From assembly GCA_017883165.1 (NCBI GenBank), contig JADGOC010000002.1, positions 5,277-69,276 of the forward strand: a stretch of 64,000 bases of DNA, given 5' to 3'. Below the pieces are notes generated by a model that did not search any database, was not told where the DNA came from, and saw only the letters and a list, made by a program, of their open reading frames with translations. The position numbers were made by a program, and so were the translations under genes. This document shows positions 49,383 through 56,897 of the stretch, piece after piece. Source of the stretch: Acidobacteriota bacterium (GTDB taxonomy: Bacteria > Acidobacteriota > Vicinamibacteria > Vicinamibacterales > CAVVIG01). Positions within the stretch are counted from its first letter, which is position 1; each line of letters starts with the position of its first letter.

Positions 49383-49955
49383 ATGATGCCCGTGCAGGTG
49401 ATGGCGATGGCCGCCCCGGCGGCCCCTGTGGCTACTGATGCGGCGCGCGACGACGCCGAGCGTCTTGGGGCGCTGTTCGACCGGCACCATCAGCGCCTCT
49501 ACCGCCTGGCCCGGCGGCTGTGCCAGGGAAGCGATGACGCGGGCGACGTCGTGCAGGAAACGTTCCTGCGCGCCGCACGCGCACCGGCGTCGGTGCCCGA
49601 CGGCATGCCGCACGAAGAGGCGTGGCTCGTCCGCGTCCTGATCAACATCTGTCGCGACCGATGGCGGATGCGGGCGAGCAGAACGCGGCTCGACCCGCGC
49701 GGCGACGCCGGGCTGCCGCTGCGATCGGCGGATCCGGAAGCCGCGCTCATCGCGCGGTCGCTCGTCTGGCGCGCCCTCGACGCGCTGCCGCCGAGGCGCC
49801 GCGCGATGCTCGTGATGTACGAGCTCGACGGCGCGACGATTCCGGCGATCGCGCGGCTGCTGGGTGTGGCGCCGGTCACGGTCCGGTGGCACCTCGCGCG
49901 CGGACGCCGTGAGATGGCGGCGCTCGTCCGCGGCATGCAGGGAGACGAGTCATGA
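49383..49955 (+). CDS. ECF RNA polymerase sigma factor (second, divergent)
   Basis: Region 2 (DAGDVVQETFLRA...WLVRVLINICRDRWR) and region 4 (RRAMLVMYELDGATIPAIARLLGVAPVTVRWHLARGR). Confidence 0.88.
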   Translation: MMPVQVMAMAAPAAPVATDAARDDAERLGALFDRHHQRLYRLARRLCQGSDDAGDVVQETFLRAARAPASVPDGMPHEEAWLVRVLINICRDRWRMRASRTRLDPRGDAGLPLRSADPEAALIARSLVWRALDALPPRRRAMLVMYELDGATIPAIARLLGVAPVTVRWHLARGRREMAALVRGMQGDES

Positions 49956-50308
49956 ACGACGTAGGGAAGTGGTTGCGGGACGCCGATCCGCTGGCGCCTG
50001 GGAATGTGGATGTGGGATTCGCGCCCGCCGACGCGCAGACCGTGCGCCGCGCGATGCTCGCGGCGCTCGTCGAGCGGCGGACCGAAACGGTGTTCTGGCC
50101 TCAGCCGCTGGCGATTGCCGCCACGATCGCCCTGGCGCTCGCGTCCGGCGTCGTCCTGGGCCGGCATCTGCCGTCGCTTCGCGATGCCGCACGTGACGCG
50201 CCCGCGCGGGACGGCGGCACGCAGATCGCCGAGCTCCGGCAGCTGCAGTTCGCGACGCCTGGTGGCACGCGCGTCATCTGGGTCTTCAATCCCGATTTTC
50301 AACCGTAA
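49952..50308 (+). CDS. putative anti-sigma/membrane protein coupled to the second ECF sigma factor
   Basis: ATGA overlap with the sigma gene. 118 aa with one central TM segment (PLAIAATIALALASGVVLG). No conserved motif recognised. Confidence 0.55.
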   Translation: MNDVGKWLRDADPLAPGNVDVGFAPADAQTVRRAMLAALVERRTETVFWPQPLAIAATIALALASGVVLGRHLPSLRDAARDAPARDGGTQIAELRQLQFATPGGTRVIWVFNPDFQP

Positions 50309-50312
50309 GGAC

Positions 50313-51104
50313 ATGAAGGGGACAACATCCATGGATTTCATGAAGCTGACTCGAGCGGCGGCCGCGATCGGCGCGGTGGTCGCCTCTTCGGTCGTGATTT
50401 CGGCGCAGGGTTCGACGCAGGCCACAGCACCGGCGCAACCGCCGCAGCGGGTCACGCCGGGGTCGCTGTTGCCCGCGCACGGAGCTGCCTCGTCGCTGAC
50501 GCAGGGCTTCTCCGTCGTGCTGGTGCTGGGCGATCTGCAGGGCGGCTCGACTCCCGACAACGTGCCGGCGGCGGCGAAGAAAGCGCTCGCCGACATGAAG
50601 GATTTTCTGCCGTACAAGAGTTACCGGTTGCTCGATTCCGAGTGGCTCCTCGGTTCGACCAACGTGGCGACGCGGCTCCGGGGAGTGGATGAGCAGGAAT
50701 ATGCCCTGAACCTGATGGCAAGTGCCCCGCGTGACGGATCCAAGGGGCTGTACGTGTCGTTTCAGTTGCGCGAAGCGGAGCCGGCGAGGACGACCGCGAC
50801 GAGCGCCGAGGCTGCGGTGGAGCGCGAGAGGCGACTCGTCGAGCAGATAGCTCGGGCTCGCGGAACGGGCGGTCAGAACGCTGGGGCGAGCACCGGTGTG
50901 GGCGCGGGTGTGGGCTCGGGCGTGGGCTCGGGCGTGAGCGCCGGCGTGACGCCGCGGGCGAGCGCGTTTGTCATCAGCACCAGCTTCACGATGGACGTCG
51001 GCGAAACAGTCGTCGTCGGCACGTCGCGCCTGCGCGGCGGCGACAAGGCGCTCATTGCGCTCTTGACCGCGGTCCCGCACGGAAAAACGGGCGCGAAAGA
51101 GTAG
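50313..51104 (+). CDS. secreted hypothetical protein with (GVGx)n repeat
   Basis: ATG 50313, 4 nt after the previous stop. Signal peptide (AAAIGAVVASSVVISAQG). Internal GASTGVGAGVGSGVGSGVSAGV tract encoded by a 12-nt tandem repeat. Confidence 0.6.
   Translation: MKGTTSMDFMKLTRAAAAIGAVVASSVVISAQGSTQATAPAQPPQRVTPGSLLPAHGAASSLTQGFSVVLVLGDLQGGSTPDNVPAAAKKALADMKDFLPYKSYRLLDSEWLLGSTNVATRLRGVDEQEYALNLMASAPRDGSKGLYVSFQLREAEPARTTATSAEAAVERERRLVEQIARARGTGGQNAGASTGVGAGVGSGVGSGVSAGVTPRASAFVISTSFTMDVGETVVVGTSRLRGGDKALIALLTAVPHGKTGAKE
50895..50948 (+). repeat. 12-nt in-frame tandem repeat (GGYGTGRGCKCS, about 4.5 copies) encoding GVG(A/S)
   Basis: ggtgtgggcgcg ggtgtgggctcg ggcgtgggctcg ggcgtgagcgcc ggcgtg read directly. 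Confidence 0.9.
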
Positions 51105-51430
51105 AGCCTACCACCAGGGTGAGGGCTCGGGCCGCGGCGATGTCGGCCGCAGGCGTGGTGCCGGGCGCCAGCCGACGTGTGAGCATGCCGACGCCGAGAG
51201 CTGGAAGGCGCACGGAGCGCAGGTTCCGTGTCGACTTCGTGCCGGGTGATCCGTGCCGTGCGCGTCAGCTGTGTCGGTGCAATCCGGTCCTGACCGTCGC
51301 CGAGGCCATCCCTAGTCGACGCGTCGGCGAAAGAGTACGCAAGCGGAGTGCGGCTTCCCGGCGTGCGAATCGACGACGGCGGGCGGGCGGTACCACGCTT
51401 GCGGCTTCCCGCGAGAAGTGACGTCCAGGA

Positions 51431-52306
51431 TTACTTGCTGACGTGCGCTTCGATCTGCGGCAGTGCGGCGACCACCACGTCGCCCACCGCCTGCAGGCTG
51501 CGGGCGCTGACGGCGTCGAGGTTGTCCTTGGCGGTATGCCATGCGTTCTGCTCGGCGTACCGATCGAGATCGATGATGTCCACCGAGGGCACGCCGGCTT
51601 CGAGGAACGGCATGTGGTCGTCTTCGACGCGGGTCGTCTCGGGAACGAAGTAGGTGTCGAGCTTGCCGCGCCTGGCCGCGTTCCAGATGATGTCGGTCAG
51701 CCACGGCGTCGAATAGCCGTCGCGCTTGATGCGGAGATCGCGGTCGCCAATCATGTCGACGAGGATGTTCGCCTTGATGGTTGAGAGCGAGCCGTCGCGC
51801 TTGCCCGCCTCGACGTAGTGCCGGCTGCCGTAGGTGTGGTCGTTGTCCTGCCACTCGATCACGGCTTCTTCGCCATCCAGAAACAGCAGCTCCATCGTCA
51901 ACGGATTCTTGCGGCCTTTCAGCACGCGCGCCATCTCGAGGAGAAATGCCGCGCTCGATCCGCCATCGCTCGCGCCGACGAACCGGAACTCGTGGAAGAT
52001 CTTGGTGTCGTAGTGGCCCGAGATGACGATCCGGTCTTTCCTGGCGCCGGGAATCGTCGCGATGAGATTCACCATGTGCGTTTTGCCGAGCGGCGTCTCG
52101 TCGTCCCACGCCTGTTCGGCCACCGCCACGCCTTGCGCGGCGAGCTGCGCTTTGATGTACCGCCGCGTCGCCTCGAGGGCGGGCGACCCGGCCGGGCGCG
52201 GCCCGATGGCGACCATCTGCCGGAGATGTTCCCACGCGCGGCCGGAATCGAAGGGCGGCAGCGCCGGCGTCTGGAGGAGGAGCACCAGAGTGATGGCGAA
52301 CTTCAT
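51431..52306 (-). CDS. M28 family metallopeptidase (aminopeptidase/glutaminyl-cyclase-like)
   Basis: Signal peptide. ISGHYDT, GASDGGSSAAFLLEMAR, LFLDGEE and VDMIGD zinc-ligand contexts. ATG 52306 overlaps the gltA stop (TGATG). Confidence 0.85.
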   Translation of the reverse strand: MKFAITLVLLLQTPALPPFDSGRAWEHLRQMVAIGPRPAGSPALEATRRYIKAQLAAQGVAVAEQAWDDETPLGKTHMVNLIATIPGARKDRIVISGHYDTKIFHEFRFVGASDGGSSAAFLLEMARVLKGRKNPLTMELLFLDGEEAVIEWQDNDHTYGSRHYVEAGKRDGSLSTIKANILVDMIGDRDLRIKRDGYSTPWLTDIIWNAARRGKLDTYFVPETTRVEDDHMPFLEAGVPSVDIIDLDRYAEQNAWHTAKDNLDAVSARSLQAVGDVVVAALPQIEAHVSK

Positions 52307-53601
52307 CAACGTTTGTCCCGCGGGATGTAGTCGCGCGCGGCCGGCCCGGTGTAGATTTGCCGCGGCCGCGCGATCTTCTGCTCCGGATCGAGGAGCATCT
52401 CTTCCCACTGGGCGATCCAGCCGGCCGTTCTGGGAATGGCGAAGAGCACCGGGAATATTTCCACCGGGAACCCCATCGCCTGGTAGATCAGCCCTGAATA
52501 GAAATCGACGTTCGGATACAGCTTGCGGCTGACGAAGTACTCGTCCTCGAGCGCGATGCGTTCGAGCTCCAATGCGATCTCGAGGAGCGGATTCTTGCCG
52601 GTGACCTCGAACACGAGGTCGGCGATGCGCTTGATGACCTTGGCGCGGGGATCATACGACTTGTAGACGCGGTGGCCGAAGCCCATCAACCTGACGTTGC
52701 CGTCGCCGCTTTTCACCCGCTTGATGAACTCGGGCACCTTGCCGACCGATCCGATCTCGCCGAGCATCCGCAGAACGGCTTCGTTCGCGCCGCCGTGCAG
52801 CGGCCCGTAGAGCGCCGCCGCCGCGCCGGCAAGCGCCGAGTACGGATCCACGTGCGAGCTGCCGATCGTGCGCATGGTCGTCGTGCTGCAGTTCTGTTCG
52901 TGGTCGGCGTGCAGGATGAAGAGCACGTCGAGCGCGCGCGCGAGCACCGGGTCGGGGTGGTACTTCAGCTCGGTCATCTTGAACAGCATGTTCAGGAGGT
53001 TGCCGGTGAAGCTGAGGTCGTTGTCCGGAGAATTGTACGGGCGCCCGATGCTGTGCCGGTAGGCGTAGGCGGCGATGCTCGGGACCTTGGCGATGAGCCG
53101 CTTGGTCTGCAGGAGGCGCGAGCTCTTGTCGAAAATCTGCTTCGCGTCCGGATTGAGCGTGGACAACGCCCCGACCGTGCTCAGGAAGATCCCCATCGGA
53201 TGCGCGTCGTAGCGGAAGCCTTCCATGAACTTCTTGATGTTCTCGTGGAGCATCGTGTGGAAGGTGATGTCGCGGGTCCAGGTCTGCTGCTGCGACGCGG
53301 TCGGCAGCTCGCCGAAAAGAATCAGGTACGCCGTTTCGAGAAAATCGCTCTCCTCGGCGAGCTGTTCGATCGGGTAACCGCGATAGAGCAGGATGCCCTT
53401 GTCGCCGTCGATGAAGGTGATCGCGCTCCGGCAGTTGGCGGTGTTCATGAACGCGGGGTCGTACGTCATGAGCCCGAAATCGTCCGGGCCGGCCTTGATC
53501 TGCCGCAGGTCCATCGCGCGAATCGTGCCGTTCTGGACCGGCACGTCATATTTCTTGCCCGTGCGATTGTCTACGATTGTCAGCGTGTCAGAGGGACTCA
53601 T
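52306..53601 (-). CDS. gltA: citrate synthase
   Basis: 431 aa. [46 protein letters not shown] and GFGHRVYK motifs. Confidence 0.95.
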   Translation of the reverse strand: MSPSDTLTIVDNRTGKKYDVPVQNGTIRAMDLRQIKAGPDDFGLMTYDPAFMNTANCRSAITFIDGDKGILLYRGYPIEQLAEESDFLETAYLILFGELPTASQQQTWTRDITFHTMLHENIKKFMEGFRYDAHPMGIFLSTVGALSTLNPDAKQIFDKSSRLLQTKRLIAKVPSIAAYAYRHSIGRPYNSPDNDLSFTGNLLNMLFKMTELKYHPDPVLARALDVLFILHADHEQNCSTTTMRTIGSSHVDPYSALAGAAAALYGPLHGGANEAVLRMLGEIGSVGKVPEFIKRVKSGDGNVRLMGFGHRVYKSYDPRAKVIKRIADLVFEVTGKNPLLEIALELERIALEDEYFVSRKLYPNVDFYSGLIYQAMGFPVEIFPVLFAIPRTAGWIAQWEEMLLDPEQKIARPRQIYTGPAARDYIPRDKR

Positions 53602-53779
53602 CGTCGTGTGTGTCCGTTTCAGTTTCAGTCACTGGGTCGGCAGCGATCCGGTACGCCCCGTCGGCCCAACGCGCCAGGTCCTGCAGTTTGCACCGCTCGC
53701 TGCAGAACGGCCGCCACGCGAGGTCTATCGGGTGGCGCCGGCAGAATACGCACGGTCCGGGCTCGTTCGCGGCCGGCAT
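53588..53779 (-). CDS. yacG: DNA gyrase inhibitor YacG (zinc finger)
   Basis: 63 aa. CVFCRR...[17 protein letters not shown] is the YacG signature. Overlaps the gltA start by 14 nt. Confidence 0.8.
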   Translation of the reverse strand: MPAANEPGPCVFCRRHPIDLAWRPFCSERCKLQDLARWADGAYRIAADPVTETETDTHDDESL

Positions 53780-53813
53780 CGCTCTATTCTAATCGTGAGA
53801 GGGCGTGTTCTGC

Positions 53814-54500
53814 CTAGAGGCCGGCGTCCGCGGCGTGATGGCGGACGTCGCGCGCGGACACGATGAAGATGACGTCCTCGGCGATGTTGGTCGCGTGGTC
53901 GCCGATGCGTTCGAGGTGGCGGGAGACCAGCACCAGATCGAGCGCCGGCTCGATCGTCGACGGATCCTGGAGCATATAGGTCAGCAGCTCGCGGAAGATC
54001 TGCGTTTTGAGGTCGTCGAGCTTGTCGTCTTCGTCGAGCACGCGCTGGGCGAGCGCCATGTCGCTTCGCACGAAGGCGTCGAGCGCGTCGCGCAGCATCG
54101 ACTGCGCGATCGACGCCATGCGCGGGATGTCGATCAGCTTCTTGACCGGCGGATGCGTCGCGTAGCGCACGGCGGCTTCGGCGATGTTGACGGCGAGGTC
54201 GCCCACGCGCTCGAGATCGGTGTTGATCTTCACGGCGGCGACGATCGCGCGCAGGTCGGCCGCCATCGGCTGATGGAGCGCCAGCAGCGTGAAGCAGCGG
54301 TGGTCGATCTCCATGTGCAACGCATTCAGCGGATCGTCGCCCGACAGGACGCGCGCGATGAGCGCGTGGTCGCGGTCGACGAGCCCCTTGGTGGCCAGGC
54401 GCACTTCTTCTTCCGCCAGGCCGCCCATCTCGAGCAGCCGCGCCTTGAGCTGTTCGAGCTGCTCCTGAAAGTGGGGGACGACGCGTTCGACCGGTTCCAT
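53814..54500 (-). CDS. phoU: phosphate signaling complex protein PhoU
   Basis: Two PhoU repeats (DHALIARVLSGDDPLNALHMEID...; INTDLERVGDLAVNIAE / VSRHLERIGDHATNIAE). Confidence 0.92.
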   Translation of the reverse strand: MEPVERVVPHFQEQLEQLKARLLEMGGLAEEEVRLATKGLVDRDHALIARVLSGDDPLNALHMEIDHRCFTLLALHQPMAADLRAIVAAVKINTDLERVGDLAVNIAEAAVRYATHPPVKKLIDIPRMASIAQSMLRDALDAFVRSDMALAQRVLDEDDKLDDLKTQIFRELLTYMLQDPSTIEPALDLVLVSRHLERIGDHATNIAEDVIFIVSARDVRHHAADAGL

Positions 54501-55358
54501 CTATCCAAACCTTCCCGTGACGTAGTCTTCCGTCAGCTTCTCGGCCGGCGCCGTGAAGATTTTGTTCGTGAGGTCGGACTCGATGAGTTTGCCGAGCCAG
54601 AAGAAGGCGGTGACGTCCGACACACGCGCCGCCTGCTGCATGTTGTGCGTGACGATGACGATCGTGTAGCGATCTTTGAGCTGATAGACGAGCTCCTCGA
54701 TGCGCTGCGTGGCGATCGGGTCGAGCGCCGACGCCGGCTCGTCCATCAGCAGAATCTCCGGCTCGACGGCGAGCGCGCGCGCGATGCAAAGCCGCTGCTG
54801 CTGGCCGCCCGACAGCGACAGCGCCGAGGCGTGCAGCCGGTCCCGCACTTCGTCCCAGAGCGCGGCCGCCTTCAGGCTCGCCTCGACGCGGCCGCCGAGC
54901 TCCTCGCGCGACCGCGTCATGCGGTTGATGCGCAGGCCGTACGCGACGTTCTCGAAAATCGACTTGGGAAACGGGTTCGACTTCTGGAACACCATCCCGA
55001 CGCGCCGGCGCAGATCGACGACGTCGACCGACGGGGCGTAGATGTCCTGGCCGTCGATCAGGATCGACCCTTCCACGCGCGTGCCCGGCACGATGTCGTT
55101 CATGCGGTTGAGCGATCGCAGGAACGTCGACTTGCCGCATCCCGACGGCCCGATGAGCGCCGTCACCTGGTTGGGGTGGATCTTCAGCGTCACGCCGTCG
55201 AGCACGCGGTTCGGGCCGTAATAGAAGTTCAGGCCGGCCACCGCGATCTTCGGATCGGATTCAGGATTCGGCACGACGGATTCGCGAGCGGGAGCCGGGG
55301 AATCGGCGCCGGGTGCGCGCGGCTGACCAGCCTTCGCCGCCTCGGCGTTGAGCAGCAT
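54501..55358 (-). CDS. pstB: phosphate ABC transporter ATP-binding protein PstB
   Basis: [13 protein letters not shown], Walker [10 protein letters not shown], signature [14 protein letters not shown], Walker [13 protein letters not shown]-terminal extension of about 30 aa; start could be slightly downstream. Confidence 0.9.
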   Translation of the reverse strand: MLLNAEAAKAGQPRAPGADSPAPARESVVPNPESDPKIAVAGLNFYYGPNRVLDGVTLKIHPNQVTALIGPSGCGKSTFLRSLNRMNDIVPGTRVEGSILIDGQDIYAPSVDVVDLRRRVGMVFQKSNPFPKSIFENVAYGLRINRMTRSREELGGRVEASLKAAALWDEVRDRLHASALSLSGGQQQRLCIARALAVEPEILLMDEPASALDPIATQRIEELVYQLKDRYTIVIVTHNMQQAARVSDVTAFFWLGKLIESDLTNKIFTAPAEKLTEDYVTGRFG

Positions 55359-55364
55359 CCCTTG

Positions 55365-55418
55365 AGCGTAACCCGTAGCGGTTTCCGTCTGGTTTCGGTG
55401 GTGTTAAATCGATGTAAC
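55365..55418 (-). promoter_or_regulatory. Pho-box-like array (4 hexamers, 11-bp phase) + TACGCT -10-like element upstream of pstB-phoU
   Basis: Sense strand reads GTTACA-tcgat-TTAACA-ccacc-GAAACC-agacg-GAAACC, then 9 nt, TACGCT, 6 nt and ATG. Same architecture as 61126..61179 and 63773..63826. Confidence 0.5.
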
Positions 55419-55426
55419 GCCGGTCG

Positions 55427-56215
55427 TCATCTCACGAGCGCAGGTTCGGCCAGCTTTTCCGCCGGCTCCAGGAACGCTTCCACCTGCTTGCGCAGCTCGT
55501 CCTGAATGCGATCGACCGACCGGCGCGCGTCGACCTTGCGGAAATGGAACTCGTCCGCCATCGACGCATATTCCTTGAGCAGCTTGCTCTGATACGACCG
55601 GAAGCTCTCGTAGATGTCGTCGCCGGTCTTGAGGTCCATGCCCGATTCCCAGAAATCCATGCCGCGCGCTTCGAGCACGCGGCGGATTAGCGTCTTGACG
55701 TCGACGTTCAGATAGAACACGAGGTGCGGCGCGATCGCGAACCCGTAGACGCTGCGCAGCCACGCGCGATCGACGCCGCGCACGCCGGCGCGCGCCAGCG
55801 CCGTGAAGATGTAGCGATCCGACAGCACGACGAAACCGGCCTTGAGCGCCGGAATGACTTCCTTCTCCAGCCGATCGGCGAAATCGGTCGCGTACAGCAG
55901 CACGAAGGTCAGCTTGTTCAGCGTGTTGCTCGACTTGGCCAGCTCGATCGTCGGCTGCATCAGCGGCGAGCGCGTCCAGCCGGTTTCAATGACGCCGTAG
56001 CCCTTCACCTCGAGCCATTCGCGCAAGAGCTGAATCTGCGTGCTGCGGCCGACGCCGTCGGTGCCCTCGACCGCGATCAGTTTGCCCGGATAGCCGTTGA
56101 TCGGCAGATACGGAATGCCGCGCCCGTAGTACCGGCCTGGCTGAATGCCGCCGTTGGCGCCTTCAATGGCGCCAGGGGCTCCGTCGATCGGGTCAGATGG
56201 TGAGAGGCTCGTCAT
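55427..56215 (-). CDS. thymidylate kinase-like P-loop protein, Walker-A Lys replaced by Arg
   Basis: GKLIAVEGTDGVGRSTQ (the Arg is CGC at 56047..56045), then LYATDFADR and LSDRYIFTALAR, Tmk-like blocks. Overlaps the upstream paralog by 23 nt. Confidence 0.75.
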   Translation of the reverse strand: MTSLSPSDPIDGAPGAIEGANGGIQPGRYYGRGIPYLPINGYPGKLIAVEGTDGVGRSTQIQLLREWLEVKGYGVIETGWTRSPLMQPTIELAKSSNTLNKLTFVLLYATDFADRLEKEVIPALKAGFVVLSDRYIFTALARAGVRGVDRAWLRSVYGFAIAPHLVFYLNVDVKTLIRRVLEARGMDFWESGMDLKTGDDIYESFRSYQSKLLKEYASMADEFHFRKVDARRSVDRIQDELRKQVEAFLEPAEKLAEPALVR

Positions 56216-56897
56216 CGGATATCTCCGTGTCGGTAACCTGCAAGTGCCGTGAAATGAGCCCACGGACGAGCCGCTGCTGTTCGGTGATGCTGCCGGCCGC
56301 GTTCACGACCTCGAGGCCGAACTCATCCACGATCCGATCATACTCGTCGAGCACTTTGCCCTGGAACAGCCTGAAGCTCTCCACGGGGTTGCTGCTCCAG
56401 CCGAGGTCCATCCCCGCCTCGTAGAACTTGAGCTTCACGCGGCGTGCCATCAAGCGGTCGAGCGACATCTCGATCGGCACCCGGAAGTACAGCGTCAGGT
56501 CGGGCCGCACCGCGAAGCTGTACAGCTCGCGCACCCAGGTGCGATCGACGCCGCGCGTCGCGTCGCGCGCGAACGCGGTGTACGCATACCGATCGGCCAG
56601 CACGATCATCCCGGCCTTGAGCGGCGGAATGATCTTGTACAGCAGCCGGTCAGCGAAGTCCGTGGCGTGCAGCAGACTGAACGTCATGGGTGTCAGGGCG
56701 TTCTTTTTCTTGCCGGTCTTGGTCGCCGCCTTGACGAGGGCGGACGAGTTCCATTCCGTGACGAACACCCGATGCCCTTCGGCGCTCAGCCACTTGGCGA
56801 GCAGCCCCAGCTGCGTCGTCTTTCCTGAGCCGTCGATGCCCTCGACGACGAACAGCTTGCCCGGATACTCGTGAGGCTTCGTGAGGTTGTTCAACAT
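56193..56897 (-). CDS. thymidylate kinase-like P-loop kinase (canonical Walker A)
   Basis: GKLFVVEGIDGSGKTTQ, LHATDFADR, LADRYAYTAFAR. Paralogous to the downstream gene. The ATG 56897 that keeps the P-loop lies 248 nt inside the ppx reading frame. Confidence 0.75.
   Translation of the reverse strand: MLNNLTKPHEYPGKLFVVEGIDGSGKTTQLGLLAKWLSAEGHRVFVTEWNSSALVKAATKTGKKKNALTPMTFSLLHATDFADRLLYKIIPPLKAGMIVLADRYAYTAFARDATRGVDRTWVRELYSFAVRPDLTLYFRVPIEMSLDRLMARRVKLKFYEAGMDLGWSSNPVESFRLFQGKVLDEYDRIVDEFGLEVVNAAGSITEQQRLVRGLISRHLQVTDTEISDDEPLTI

Noticed and set aside
51276-51287. GGTGCAATCCGG, reminiscent of the GGTGnnAATCC core of cobalamin riboswitches.
   Set aside because: The flanking GGGAA and B12-box (GCCACTG-like) elements are absent, and no downstream gene exists on that strand to be regulated.
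51119-51421. 100-aa ORF in the large intergenic gap.
   Set aside because: Very Arg-rich with visibly lower third-position GC and rare codons compared with neighbouring genes. No start context and no motifs. The region is treated as non-coding (see finding).
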